Made by a program: the position numbers and the translations under genes
Notes under the pieces: generated by a model
Told to the model about the DNA's origin: nothing
Seen by the model: only the letters and a program-made list of their open reading frames with translations
Databases searched by the model: none
Virus record (IMG/VR): IMGVR_UViG_3300021254_000033
Span: 14,586 to 78,585 of that record
Reading direction: 5' to 3' (one strand)
DNA from: a virus
Lineage: Duplodnaviria; Caudoviricetes
Length of the DNA stretch: 64,000 nt
Part shown: piece by piece, positions 1-10,700 of the stretch
How positions within the stretch are numbered: position 1 is the first letter of the stretch
Layout of the letters: the number at the start of each line of letters is the position of its first letter

Positions 1-2
1 TT

Positions 3-1010
3 TATACAAGTTTGTATAAAGAGGCTTCTGAAATACTTGGAAAAAGCCAATCTATGGAATTATTCCCTCCGTCTATAAAGGGTGAATGGGAATTTATCGA
101 AGGGCGCAGAGTCTTTAAATATACCGCTGGAAGTTTTTTAGGATTACAAATTTTAGGGGATAAGGTTGAACCTTGTTTTGAAGGGGCTGCGTTTTTTAGT
201 CTTTATCAATCTTTATATCAAAAGTATCAAGATTTCTTAAAGACACAAGAAGTAAAAGGAGGACAGCGAGAAATGAACTTTAAACTTTCTGATTCTCAAA
301 AACATAATTTACTATGGACTTTACTTAATCCTAATTATACAGAAGAAGGAGATTGGTTATGTGAATACTCCATTTTAGATGTATATGATGATTATGCACT
401 TTGTTATAACTATGAAAATGGTGAATATGAAAGAGTATATTATTCTAAAGATGACAAAAGTGATAATGTAGCCATTGGGGAAAAAGTAAAAGTTTTTGTA
501 ATTGATGTTACTGAATCTGAGAAACAATCTTTAGATGTTATTCGCACTTTAAATGGCGAAACTTACGAAAAAATTGAAAATGTTTTCTCTGAAAAAGATG
601 AATTAAATAATAAAAATTCAGAATTTGAACATAAAATTGAAGAGCAGGCAGAAATTATTTCTACTTTAACTTCAGAAAAGGAACAGTTTTCTGCAGATTT
701 AGAAGCAGCACAGGAAAGTATTAAGACACTTACCACTGAAAATGCTGATCTAATTTCTTTCAAAAAAAGTGTAGAGTTAGCTGAAAAAGAACAGGTTATT
801 GATTCTTATTTTAACTTACTAGGAGAAGAATTGTTAAATTCTTATAAAGAAAAGATTGATGAGTTTACTGCTACAGAGTTAGATAAAGAATTAGCTTATG
901 AACTTAAAAAGACTAACTTTTCTGCTTTTTCTGAACAAAATGAAGGCTTAATTCCTAAAGATGTTCCTGCAAAAGGAATTGAAGGTATTTTATCTAAATA
1001 TAAAAAATAA
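3..1010 (+). CDS. Head morphogenesis protein (prohead protease/scaffold-like), 5'-truncated
   Basis: Frame is open from the window edge; long acidic coiled-coil C-terminal half; lies directly upstream of the decoration and capsid genes. Confidence 0.55.
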   Translation, partial: YTSLYKEASEILGKSQSMELFPPSIKGEWEFIEGRRVFKYTAGSFLGLQILGDKVEPCFEGAAFFSLYQSLYQKYQDFLKTQEVKGGQREMNFKLSDSQKHNLLWTLLNPNYTEEGDWLCEYSILDVYDDYALCYNYENGEYERVYYSKDDKSDNVAIGEKVKVFVIDVTESEKQSLDVIRTLNGETYEKIENVFSEKDELNNKNSEFEHKIEEQAEIISTLTSEKEQFSADLEAAQESIKTLTTENADLISFKKSVELAEKEQVIDSYFNLLGEELLNSYKEKIDEFTATELDKELAYELKKTNFSAFSEQNEGLIPKDVPAKGIEGILSKYKK

Positions 1011-1030
1011 AAATATGGAGGCATACTAAA

Positions 1031-1624
1031 ATGGCTGGTAATATTACAAGAATGGTCATCGACGGTTATGGCCAGCTCGAACTAAATCAGGTTGCCTTTC
1101 GTAGAGATGGTAGAATCGAAGCTCAGTGTAAACTAGATGAAACTGACTTCGCCTCCATTCCTTGCGAAAATGGCATGATTCTTGCCGTGGATAATGTTAA
1201 CAAAGTTGTTAAATTACCTGCGTCTGGTACCGAGGACTATCCACTAGCTCTCGTGTACACAACCGAACATATGTATGATGAAAGAACCAATGCTCTAAAG
1301 GATTTCAAGCTAACCATTAATGATGGTTTCTATCCAAGACTAGGGTATTTATCTATTGGCGATAAGTTTATGACAAACACAATCGCTTATGATGATTCCG
1401 AATTTACTGCTACACAGACTAAAACTGTAGAAGAAGTTATTGCTGAAGCTTATGAAGACATCACTACAACTCCTCTCTATGGTTCTGTAGACGCATCCGG
1501 CGTTATCGTAATTTCTGCTACTAAACCACAATCTGGTGTTACCCTACTTGCTATCAATGGCCCTGGCGTTCCAACCATGCCTGATGGACAGTTTGGTATG
1601 AAGTTCCAGGTAATCGGACTATAA
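1031..1624 (+). CDS. Putative head decoration/cement protein
   Basis: 197 aa, between scaffold and major capsid gene; strong RBS; highly expressed codon style. Confidence 0.5.
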   Translation: MAGNITRMVIDGYGQLELNQVAFRRDGRIEAQCKLDETDFASIPCENGMILAVDNVNKVVKLPASGTEDYPLALVYTTEHMYDERTNALKDFKLTINDGFYPRLGYLSIGDKFMTNTIAYDDSEFTATQTKTVEEVIAEAYEDITTTPLYGSVDASGVIVISATKPQSGVTLLAINGPGVPTMPDGQFGMKFQVIGL

Positions 1625-1643
1625 TAAGAGGAGGTAAACAGCT

Positions 1644-2687
1644 ATGACTATTGAACAGTTAAAAGAACTAGCGCTTCATGCTGCTAAAGGTACTGCGCCA
1701 GCTACCTTCTCCGTTGAAAATGTTAATGATGCTTTTATTGATGGATTAAAAGAATTAGCTGGTAACTATTATGATTTTATGCAGAATCGGTATTCTGTAT
1801 ATCAGATTATGACTGAAACTATTGATGAAGTTGTTCCTGCAAAGGTAGTTGATTCTCTGGGTATGTTCGCAGAAGTTCGGACCGTTGCTGATGGTGAACA
1901 AGTTGTATTCAAGAGAAGAATTGGTAGAGAACGGGCTAAGAAGTTCTTAACTCGTGTTGGTCTGTCTGGTGTTTATGAAACCTTCAGATTAGACAATGAA
2001 TCCTTTACTGTTCCTGCATTTGCTATCGGTGGCGCCTGCATGGTTGACTTCGATAGAATGCTAGACGGTGCGGAAAATATGGCTGAACTAATGGACATCA
2101 TGACCGAAGGTCTAACTGATGCTATTTATCTTGAAGTTCAGAAGGCTCTAAAGGGTGCTTTAACTGCAAGCGGCCGTCCTGCTGCTAATAAGGTTAGTGG
2201 TAGCTGGGATGCAGACCAGATGCAGAGACTATGCAACGTAGTAAGAGCTTATGGTGGCGGTGCTACTATTTTTGCTCCACCAGAATTCGTTGCTGCTATG
2301 GGTCCTGATGCAATTGTTCCAGTTGGTACTAACTATCAGGGTATTTATCATCCGCAGGATATTGATGCTATTCACTATCAGGGATATATTAATATCTTCC
2401 GTGGTACTCCTATCATTCAGTTCCGTCAATCTTTTGTTGACGAAAACAATGATAAAGTTTGGATTGATCCTCAACTCGCTTACGTTCTACCTACCGGTGG
2501 AGAAAGAGTTGTTAAGGTTGTACTTGAAGGTGCAACTAGAGTAATGGATTGGCAGAACAAAGACCGGTCCATGGAAATCCACTTCGATAAGAAAGTTGGT
2601 GCGGCTATTCTGACACATCACAACTGGGGTATTTATCAAAATACTGGTATCACCACTCCAACTGTTGGAGAGCCCTACGGTATTTAA
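1644..2687 (+). CDS. Major capsid protein (HK97-fold likely)
   Basis: 347 aa; GAGGAGG RBS; biased codons; followed by a terminator; canonical position in the head module. Confidence 0.8.
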   Translation: MTIEQLKELALHAAKGTAPATFSVENVNDAFIDGLKELAGNYYDFMQNRYSVYQIMTETIDEVVPAKVVDSLGMFAEVRTVADGEQVVFKRRIGRERAKKFLTRVGLSGVYETFRLDNESFTVPAFAIGGACMVDFDRMLDGAENMAELMDIMTEGLTDAIYLEVQKALKGALTASGRPAANKVSGSWDADQMQRLCNVVRAYGGGATIFAPPEFVAAMGPDAIVPVGTNYQGIYHPQDIDAIHYQGYINIFRGTPIIQFRQSFVDENNDKVWIDPQLAYVLPTGGERVVKVVLEGATRVMDWQNKDRSMEIHFDKKVGAAILTHHNWGIYQNTGITTPTVGEPYGI

Positions 2688-2706
2688 TTGAAAAAAATTG
2701 CCAAAT

Positions 2707-2729
2707 AAGGGGAGGAAACTCCCCTTTTT
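2707..2729 (+). terminator. Intrinsic terminator after major capsid gene
   Basis: AAGGGGAG-GAAA-CTCCCCTT followed by T-run. Confidence 0.85.
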
Positions 2730-2758
2730 ATTAAAATTGAGAGAAAAGGAGTAAGATA

Positions 2759-3244
2759 ATGGAAAATAAACAAGTTTTTTTGACAAGCACTTCTAAAGGT
2801 TATGTTGTAATTAATATCCCAGATCTTCATTTGAAGAGAATATGGGAAAAGAAAGGTGCGAAAAAGCCTATTGCTTTTGATATATTACAACAAGCTATTT
2901 ATGATCCAAGTGTGGAATATTTACTTTCTCAAGGTATTTTAACTATTGATGATTTAGATATAAAAATTGCTTTAGGTTTAGAATCTGAAGAAGCAAAAGA
3001 AACTGGTAAAGTTAATATTGTTGTTCTTTCTGATAGTGATATGGAGAGATATTTAACAGTTATGCCAGTTTATGAATTTAGAGAAAAAATTAAAGATTTA
3101 AAGAAGGAACAAATTTTTTCTTTAGTAGATTATGCTATTGAACATGAATTAACAAACATGGAAAAAGCAGATATTTTAAAACAATATACTGAAATTGATA
3201 TTATTAGAGCGGTACAATTAAATAGAGAAGACAAGGGGGAATGA
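2759..3244 (+). CDS. Hypothetical virion-module protein
   Basis: 161-aa ORF with RBS, in the structural operon. Confidence 0.5.
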   Translation: MENKQVFLTSTSKGYVVINIPDLHLKRIWEKKGAKKPIAFDILQQAIYDPSVEYLLSQGILTIDDLDIKIALGLESEEAKETGKVNIVVLSDSDMERYLTVMPVYEFREKIKDLKKEQIFSLVDYAIEHELTNMEKADILKQYTEIDIIRAVQLNREDKGE

Positions 3245-3248
3245 TAAA

Positions 3249-3677
3249 ATGACTCCTTATTGGACAGTTTATGACGCTTTTTTAAGTAAAACTCTTGAAG
3301 ATGAATGGGGAGATTGGATGGAAGAAGAAGTGGAAACAGACCTTCGCCAACTTTTAGAAGGCGCGATTGCACACTTTAAATTTCCTAGAGTTTCTTTAGA
3401 AAGAGATGAAGAAGGGTTTATTAATGATTTAGGCAGTGAAGAAATTCAAATCTTAGCTACATATATGAAATGTGAATGGTTAAATCGGTCTATTATGACA
3501 TGGGAAAATGTTAAACCTTTATATGAAGAGAGAGATTTTTCTCAAGCTAATTTATTAGATAAATTGAAAAGTACTCTAGAAGCAGAACTCACCCATGCCG
3601 CGCGACTTGAAGGATTTTATTATAGATCAATAAAGGGGAGAAGTTATTCTTATAGTAATTTAGCGGGAGGTAATTAA
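3249..3677 (+). CDS. Putative head-tail connector/adaptor
   Basis: 142-aa helical protein; position after capsid genes. Confidence 0.45.
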   Translation: MTPYWTVYDAFLSKTLEDEWGDWMEEEVETDLRQLLEGAIAHFKFPRVSLERDEEGFINDLGSEEIQILATYMKCEWLNRSIMTWENVKPLYEERDFSQANLLDKLKSTLEAELTHAARLEGFYYRSIKGRSYSYSNLAGGN

Positions 3678-3678
3678 A

Positions 3679-3951
3679 ATGTATGACAATCCCGTGAAAG
3701 AAGGTTATTATAATAAATTAAAAAGTAAATTATTTGGTTTACTTTGTGAATTTGAAAAAGGTAGAGAATGGGAAAAGTTTTTAGATTCAATTATAATTGA
3801 GGTTAGTGGTTTTCCTGAAGAAGAAAAAACTATTAATTACTATATTCTTTATCATAAATTAGCTTCTCTTCGATATTTAAGATATGAATATTTTCGGACA
3901 ACTATTTTTGATTGTATGGATTTATTAGGGAAAGGTGATGTTAATGGCTAA
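3679..3951 (+). CDS. Hypothetical neck-module protein
   Basis: 90-aa ORF, tightly packed, GGGAGG RBS. Confidence 0.5.
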   Translation: MYDNPVKEGYYNKLKSKLFGLLCEFEKGREWEKFLDSIIIEVSGFPEEEKTINYYILYHKLASLRYLRYEYFRTTIFDCMDLLGKGDVNG

Positions 3952-4675
3952 CTCTTCAAATTATTATGATATTTATTTGATGAGATTGAATAGATATGGT
4001 CTTAACTATCAAGAACGGACACAGAAAAAAAGAGAAAGAGAGTTTGAAGATTATATGCTTAAAAGTGTATATAGGATAGAGTTTGAATATGATAGTGATA
4101 TTCATCCTGCAACTTTTGAAAAATATAAATATGATGAAACTAAAACACTTCATTATCTTTTAACAAGAGTGTCTTTAAATATTCCTAATGGAACTATTTT
4201 AATGTTGCCCGATAAAGATAACGAATTAAATCCTTGGATGGTTTATTATTTAGAACATATTAAAGCTAGTGGATATAATAGATATATTATGTTAAAAATG
4301 ACACATTATCTTACTTGGACAGGACGTGACAAAAATGAATATTCAACATGGGGATATATGTATGGACAAGAAGACAATATGTTGAAAGATGAGTTACAAT
4401 CCCGCTCACGGTCAGATGCACGATATACAGAAAATTTGAAACTGAGTTTCTTTGTTATTCCTACTAATGAACATATTCGAAAAGATGATTATTTAGAAGT
4501 AGGTGAAGGTGCGTTAAAAGAAGGATATAGAGTTACCGGTTATGATATTCAGTCAACTCCAGGAGTTGAGTTTGTCACTGTTGACCCAGTTTATCTTTAT
4601 GATTTAACTCCATCGCCAGAAAAAACAGCTCAAGATTCTGATGAAGAATTTTATTGGCTTGAAGGGGGTAACTAA
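3944..4675 (+). CDS. Putative head closure/neck protein
   Basis: Start moved to ATG 3944 (RBS AAAGGTGA); beta-rich; syntenic position. Confidence 0.45.
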   Translation: MANSSNYYDIYLMRLNRYGLNYQERTQKKREREFEDYMLKSVYRIEFEYDSDIHPATFEKYKYDETKTLHYLLTRVSLNIPNGTILMLPDKDNELNPWMVYYLEHIKASGYNRYIMLKMTHYLTWTGRDKNEYSTWGYMYGQEDNMLKDELQSRSRSDARYTENLKLSFFVIPTNEHIRKDDYLEVGEGALKEGYRVTGYDIQSTPGVEFVTVDPVYLYDLTPSPEKTAQDSDEEFYWLEGGN

Positions 4676-5166
4676 TGGGAGTTAGAAATTGTCAAGAGAT
4701 AGGGGAAAATTTACAAAAACTTGTAAGTCGTTTAATGGCTAATAATGATTTAATAAATCTTCTTTATTATACTGATAAAGATCCCCTTTCACATCCTCAT
4801 TTAACAGAAGAACAAAAAAGACAAGAGGTTTATGAAAAATTAATTAAAGTAGTGCCGCGCGTGGGTCCGAAAGAAACTGCAACTTCAATGGTTGTTATTA
4901 GAGTTGCGCGAGGTACTAATAATTTAGAAAATACTGAATTTAGAGATATTTTAATTGAAATAGAAGTTTTTGTTCCTCTAACACAATGGATTATTAAGAA
5001 TAGTAATTTAAGACCTTTTGCAATTATGGGAGAGGTACAAAAAAGTTTAAATGGAAAGACTATAAATGGATTAGGAAGAATGACTGGAGGAAATTTTGAA
5101 CTAAACTTTTTATCAGAGGAAATGAGCTGTTATTTGCAACAGTTTAGATTAACAACTTATGATTAA
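4675..5166 (+). CDS. Putative tail terminator/completion protein
   Basis: 163 aa; TAATG stop/start overlap; position before the tail tube gene. Confidence 0.45.
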   Translation: MGVRNCQEIGENLQKLVSRLMANNDLINLLYYTDKDPLSHPHLTEEQKRQEVYEKLIKVVPRVGPKETATSMVVIRVARGTNNLENTEFRDILIEIEVFVPLTQWIIKNSNLRPFAIMGEVQKSLNGKTINGLGRMTGGNFELNFLSEEMSCYLQQFRLTTYD

Positions 5167-5902
5167 TCAAGAAAGAGTTTTCTTGGGTTATCCTGAAGAG
5201 TTTCATCAAAAGTTTCTAATTTATCCACCTTTGATAAAAGATGTTGTTGGAAATATTGAATTTTCACAATATCGTCAAATGTTAACTATTTCTCAAGAAG
5301 ATATAGAGGATGAATTAGTTAAAGATAATCAAGAACAGTCTGAAATTCCAACGCCATTTGAATTTTTATTAGCTAATAGTTATCATGATAAAGAATTTGA
5401 AAGAATTGCAAAAAACGCTTTTTACTTTTTTATTCATCAAGAGGTAACTTTTATATATGAGCAAAAAAAGATATTAATTGGAGATTTAGAAGAAGAATTA
5501 TCAAGGGTAAAAGATTTATCTGAATTGGTTTTTTTAGAAGAGGAAGAATTTTTTGATTTTCAGAACAGTATAAGAGAATCAATTGGAGAAAAATCTATTG
5601 AACCCCCTAATCCCGATGAACATCCTAAAATAAAAAGAATGAAGGCACTCGCGCGCTATCGTGATAGAATAAAAATGAAATCTGGAAAAGGATTAAATTT
5701 AGAAACGCTTCTTTCTTCAATTTGTTGTATGGGAATTGGAATAACCCCACTTAATATCGGAGAGATGAGTTATGTCGCAGCGAATATACTTATTATGCGT
5801 TATCAAGAAAAAGAAAAATATGAAATAGATATACGCACTATTCAAGCTGGGGCAGAAGCAAAGAAAATAAAACCGAAATATTGGATTAGAAATCTAGATT
5901 AA
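5159..5902 (+). CDS. Tail-module protein (possible assembly chaperone)
   Basis: 247-aa acidic ORF overlapping the upstream gene; function inferred from position only. Confidence 0.35.
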   Translation: MINQERVFLGYPEEFHQKFLIYPPLIKDVVGNIEFSQYRQMLTISQEDIEDELVKDNQEQSEIPTPFEFLLANSYHDKEFERIAKNAFYFFIHQEVTFIYEQKKILIGDLEEELSRVKDLSELVFLEEEEFFDFQNSIRESIGEKSIEPPNPDEHPKIKRMKALARYRDRIKMKSGKGLNLETLLSSICCMGIGITPLNIGEMSYVAANILIMRYQEKEKYEIDIRTIQAGAEAKKIKPKYWIRNLD

Positions 5903-5919
5903 TAGGAGGAAAACCATAA

Positions 5920-6819
5920 ATGAATATTTTAGACCGCTATGGTATTAAAGAGGTTGCAGACGTAACATTCTATGACCTGAATAATGACGGTACTCCTAAG
6001 GTACCTGTTTTATATCTAGATACTTTAAAGGTTTCTACTATTGAACAGACTGCGGAAGAGACTGATGCTCGTGGTGGTAAAGGTAATGCAGCACTAATTT
6101 CTTGGGATTATGGCAAGGAAATTACTGTTACTCTAGAAGATGCATTATTCTCTGCTAAATCTATGGCTATTATGTTTGGTAACGGTACCGTAAGTACTTA
6201 TACTGGAAATAATGCTTATATTATGAAAACTGAACAGTTTACACCTACTGCTTTAGCAGATGGTGCGTCTGCTATTCCAGATGAGGCTTCTGCCATTGGC
6301 AGTGCCGCAGTTGTTAGTGGTTGGAATCAGGCATATATTGCTCCAAATGGTGCTAAGTATCTAAAGATTAATCCTAAGTTCTATGATGCTATGGGCGCAG
6401 AAATTACTTCTACTTCTCAGTGGGGTGCTATAGTTACTGCTGGTGGATCTATGTTCTGTTCTTTCGACCTAGAGGTTTCCGGTGCTGTAATTGATATTTC
6501 TGCTGCAAGTTTCCCAGGTACTTACTATGTAACTGGTGATACTTTTGCTAGAGCTGAAGCTTCTGGTAAGGATGAATTCTTCCAGTTTATTATTCCAAAG
6601 GCTAAAGTACAGTCTGAAAACACAATTACACTAGAAGCTGAAGGCGATCCTTCTGTATTCAATATGAATCTGAAGGTACTACGGCCCGCTGATGGTGTTA
6701 TGATGAAGTTAGTTAAGTACGATCTGGCTGGTACTGCTGGCGCCGCAACTGCTGCAGATACTAAGATTTATCATAATCACTACTTAGACACAAAAAATAC
6801 ATCTGACTTGGGTCAGTAA
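5920..6819 (+). CDS. Major tail (tube) protein
   Basis: 299 aa; biased codons; AGGAGG RBS; followed by a terminator; upstream of tape measure. Confidence 0.75.
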   Translation: MNILDRYGIKEVADVTFYDLNNDGTPKVPVLYLDTLKVSTIEQTAEETDARGGKGNAALISWDYGKEITVTLEDALFSAKSMAIMFGNGTVSTYTGNNAYIMKTEQFTPTALADGASAIPDEASAIGSAAVVSGWNQAYIAPNGAKYLKINPKFYDAMGAEITSTSQWGAIVTAGGSMFCSFDLEVSGAVIDISAASFPGTYYVTGDTFARAEASGKDEFFQFIIPKAKVQSENTITLEAEGDPSVFNMNLKVLRPADGVMMKLVKYDLAGTAGAATAADTKIYHNHYLDTKNTSDLGQ

Positions 6820-6838
6820 TTAACAATTAAACATTAAG

Positions 6839-6869
6839 AGGTGGGTGGCAGGTGCTACCCACCTTTTTT
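6839..6869 (+). terminator. Intrinsic terminator after major tail gene
   Basis: AGGTGGGTGGC/GCTACCCACCT stem plus T-run. Confidence 0.8.
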
Positions 6870-6884
6870 ATTGGAGGGCATAAA

Positions 6885-7670
6885 ATGGATAATGAATTTT
6901 CACTAAAAGAACTGTACGAAGTGCGGCTTAAGGCTACTTATCCTATAGAGATAGCGGGACATTCTTTTGAAGAAGATGAAACTATTTGCCTTTTTGATAA
7001 AATTCAAATTTTTGGTTTAACTGAACATAAAGATTTTATTACTGCAAGAGGCGGATATGAAAATCGGGACAGAGTTTTTTGGGAAACAAAAAATGGTGTA
7101 GAGTTGCGATTCTCACAAGGAATTTTTAATATAATTCAATTTGGATTGCTTTGCAATTCACAAACTATTTTATTAGCAGATGATGAAGATTTTATTAGAA
7201 TTTCTCGAAGAGAAGTTGTAGAAAGTGATGAGGAAGGAAAGGTAAAATTTTCAAAAGTTCCCTGTGGACAATTTTTTGTTTATGATGTTTCTACTGGAAA
7301 GAAGATTTCTTATGAAGTAGAAGATGACCAGACTTTAATTATAGGAACCCCTTATCTCGAAGTTTTATTAGACTATTATTATGATTATTCAGAGAAAACA
7401 CATATGGTTACTTTGGGTAATGGATTAATAAATGGGTTCCTTCGATTAGAAGGAAAAACGCGTGTAAAGGATGATATAACTGGTAAGACTAGGACTGGAA
7501 TTATTGAGATTCCAAGATTAAAGTTAATGTCTGGCTTGTCTATGCGATTGGGGAAAAACGCTAATCCGGTAGTTGCAGATTTTAGAGGTTTGGCGCTACC
7601 TACAGGAGAAAAAGGATCAACGTCTATTTTGAATATATTCTTCCTTGATGACGACATAGATGAGGAATAA
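6885..7670 (+). CDS. Diverged paralogue of the tail tube protein
   Basis: Start moved to ATG 6885 (GGAGG RBS); collinear motifs with 5920-6819: FSLKELYEV/YGIKEVADV, ARGGYEN/ARGGKGN, TGKTRTGIIEIPR/SGKDEFFQFIIPK. Confidence 0.65.
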   Translation: MDNEFSLKELYEVRLKATYPIEIAGHSFEEDETICLFDKIQIFGLTEHKDFITARGGYENRDRVFWETKNGVELRFSQGIFNIIQFGLLCNSQTILLADDEDFIRISRREVVESDEEGKVKFSKVPCGQFFVYDVSTGKKISYEVEDDQTLIIGTPYLEVLLDYYYDYSEKTHMVTLGNGLINGFLRLEGKTRVKDDITGKTRTGIIEIPRLKLMSGLSMRLGKNANPVVADFRGLALPTGEKGSTSILNIFFLDDDIDEE

Positions 7671-7675
7671 GTGAA

Positions 7676-7707
7676 GTCAGCATTACTTTGTTAATGCTGA
7701 TTTTTTT
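7676..7707 (+). terminator. Intrinsic terminator before tape measure gene
   Basis: GTCAGCATTA/TAATGCTGAT stem plus T7. Confidence 0.75.
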
Positions 7708-7725
7708 ATTTTTAAGGAGGAGAGA

Positions 7726-10700
7726 ATGGCAGGAAATCATTTTTCAGTAACCTTTGATGCTCAAATGAATGTGAGTCAGATTAAGGGTGCTATTAATGAC
7801 ATGAAAAAGGGGCTTGAAGGATTAAAGCTACCTGATAATATGGAGAAAAAAATTGGTAATATTTTCTCTAATATGAGTGATGAGTTAAAAAGATTTGAGT
7901 CTCTCGCAGCGAGAGATTTAAAATCTCCTGCAGATTTTAATAAATTAAATCAAAGCGGAGAAAAAATTCTTCATTTATATCAGCGACTGAGAACAGAAAT
8001 ATCAAGTCTTAGTGATATGCCGCAAAAAAGTCTTGAAAAACTTTTTCCATCTTCAATAACAAATAATATTGATAAGGCAACTGCGGCACTAAAAAAATAT
8101 AAAGAAGCACAAGCACAAATAACTAATGAGTTATCTAATAGACAATCAACTTTAGAAAAAAAACAAAAAGAATTATCTACAGCTGAATCAAAGCATAAAG
8201 AATACATGGATAAAACTACCTATAAGCAAGAAACAGGTAGACTAGAAGATTTACTAAAACAACGACAACTTTTAGATTCAGAATTAAATAGAAGAGCCGA
8301 AGGTGGAAGACAAAGAAAAAGTGCATCTGATTATACTGGTTATGATATGAAAAAATTAAAATCAGAATATAGCGCTGTTACACAAGAGGTTGATAAATTA
8401 CAACAAAAGTTATCTAAAGTTACAACTAATGCTATCACTGCAACAAATAGTGAATCTAATATTACTAGACTTAAAACCGAAATAAAAGAATTACAAGATG
8501 CAATAAATAGCCTTGAAGGGGAAGGGCGACTTAATCTAGATAATTTATTTTCTGCTTTAGAAGGTATAGATGGAATAGATTTAAGTAATGTTGAAAGAAA
8601 TGCGAATGGTGCACAAGAGGCAATTAATAAATTAAATGCAAAGGGCGCGCAAGAACTTCTCAATAATTTAAATAAAATTGGATCTACTGTAGATAATCAA
8701 AAAGGAGCTTTTGACGGATTAGAAAATAGTATGCATCAAGTGGGAGCAGAAGTTGAGGCTGCGGATGCAAAATTTAGAGATGTCAGTGCTATAAAATCTC
8801 GTATTGCAGCATTTTTATCTGTAGAAAGCGCTGTAAGATTATTTAGACGTGCAATTACAAGTTCTTTTGAAACAATTAAAGAATTGGATGCCACAATGAC
8901 AGAAACAGCAGTAGTTACTGATTTTAGTGTTTCTGATATGTGGAAACAGTTACCCAGATATACTAAAATGGCTAATGAACTGGGTGTTACAACTAATGAA
9001 GCGTATAAGGCTGCCACTTTGTATTATCAACAAGGTTTGTCTACCAATCAAGCCATGGCTGTTTCTAATGAAACATTAAAAATGGCTCGTATTGCTGGCA
9101 TTGATGCCGCCGATGCTACTGACTATATGACCGCTGCGCTTCGTGGTTTTAATATGGAAATTAACGAAGTTTCTGCTCAAAGAGTAAATGATGTTTATTC
9201 AAAATTAGCTGCAGAAACTGCATCTGATACAGAAGAACTTTCCATTGCTATGAGTAAAACAGCCTCCATTGCTGCCAATGCTAATATGGAATTTGAGAAT
9301 ACTGCGGCATTTCTAGCTCAGATTATTGAAACAACTAGAGAGGCTCCAGAAACCGCTGGTACAGCAATGAAAACTATTATTGCTCGTTTTTCTGAGGTTA
9401 AAAGTTTATTTTCTCAGGGGCAATTATTAGGAACTGATGAAGAAGGCGAAGAAATCAATATTAATAAAATTGATACAGCATTACAGAATGTAGGAATTTC
9501 TTTAAAAGATTTTTTGAATGGTAGTATTGGTTTAGATGATGTTTTATTACAATTAGCTAGTAAATGGGACACTCTTGATTTGGCTACTCAAAGATATATT
9601 GCTACAACTGCTGCGGGATCTAGACAACAATCTCGTTTCTTGGCTATGATGAGTAATTATAGTCGTACAGTAGAATTAGTCGATAAAGCTTATTCCGCTG
9701 AAGGCGCAGGTCAAGAACAGTTTGAAAAAACTCTAGATAGTATGGAAACAGCATTAGCTCGACTAAAAAATGCTTGGGATCAGTTCGCTATGGGTATCAT
9801 GAATAGTAGTATAGCTAAAGGTGGTATTCATGCTTTAACAGGTTTTTTAGAAATTATTAATAAATTAACCAGCGGGTTAGGTGATTTAGGTAACACAGTA
9901 ACTAAGCTAGGTCTTGGTATAGGAGCGTTTCAGTTAGGAAGAGGATTATTTGATATATTAACTTCTCAACGAAAAGGTGAAAAAATAAAATCAATATCTG
10001 GAAAACAACTAGTTAATTTTAAAAATATAGGGGTAAATTTTAAAAATGATCTTTTTGAAACAGTACAGGAGGGATTAAATAGTCCTTCCTCTAAAAAATT
10101 ATCTCTTTCAAAAGCTCTTTCAGGATTTTTTAAAGGATCTACCATTAATGCCGAACAAATAAAAGCTGCTATAAATAGAGATCGTCCAGATGTTGCACAA
10201 TTTTCAAATAGATATGCAGAAGTTGCGCTAGAAACTTTTCGTGAACGAGGAAGAGAAGGATTAGCTGAGTTAGAACAAGAATGGGGAGTAAGTTTTAATT
10301 CTCTGGAAGAAACTGCAGCAAAGGCTCAACTACTTGGCGTCGCCGCGACTTTTGCTGGCGGGGCAATGTTAAAATTAGGCAATGCCCTGGAGTCAGCGGG
10401 ACACACTAAGGCTGCGGAAGTGTTTGATACCTTGGGAACCGCGGTTATGACGGCAGGAGTAGCACTTAGTTCATTAAGTGTAATTATTCCTGCTATAGGT
10501 AATCTTTTTCCCGCATTAGGCGCAAAAATCGCTGCAGCAGGTTTACTTGGTTTATCTGGGTGGCTTTGGATTGCTGGAATTGCAGCAGCAGTAGGAGCTA
10601 TTGGTTTTCTTACTTATAAATTAGTAAAAGGAATTAAAGCTAATTCCTTGGAAGGTCAAATAGAATCTACAGAAAAAGCTGTTCAACGCTCAAGAGAGGA

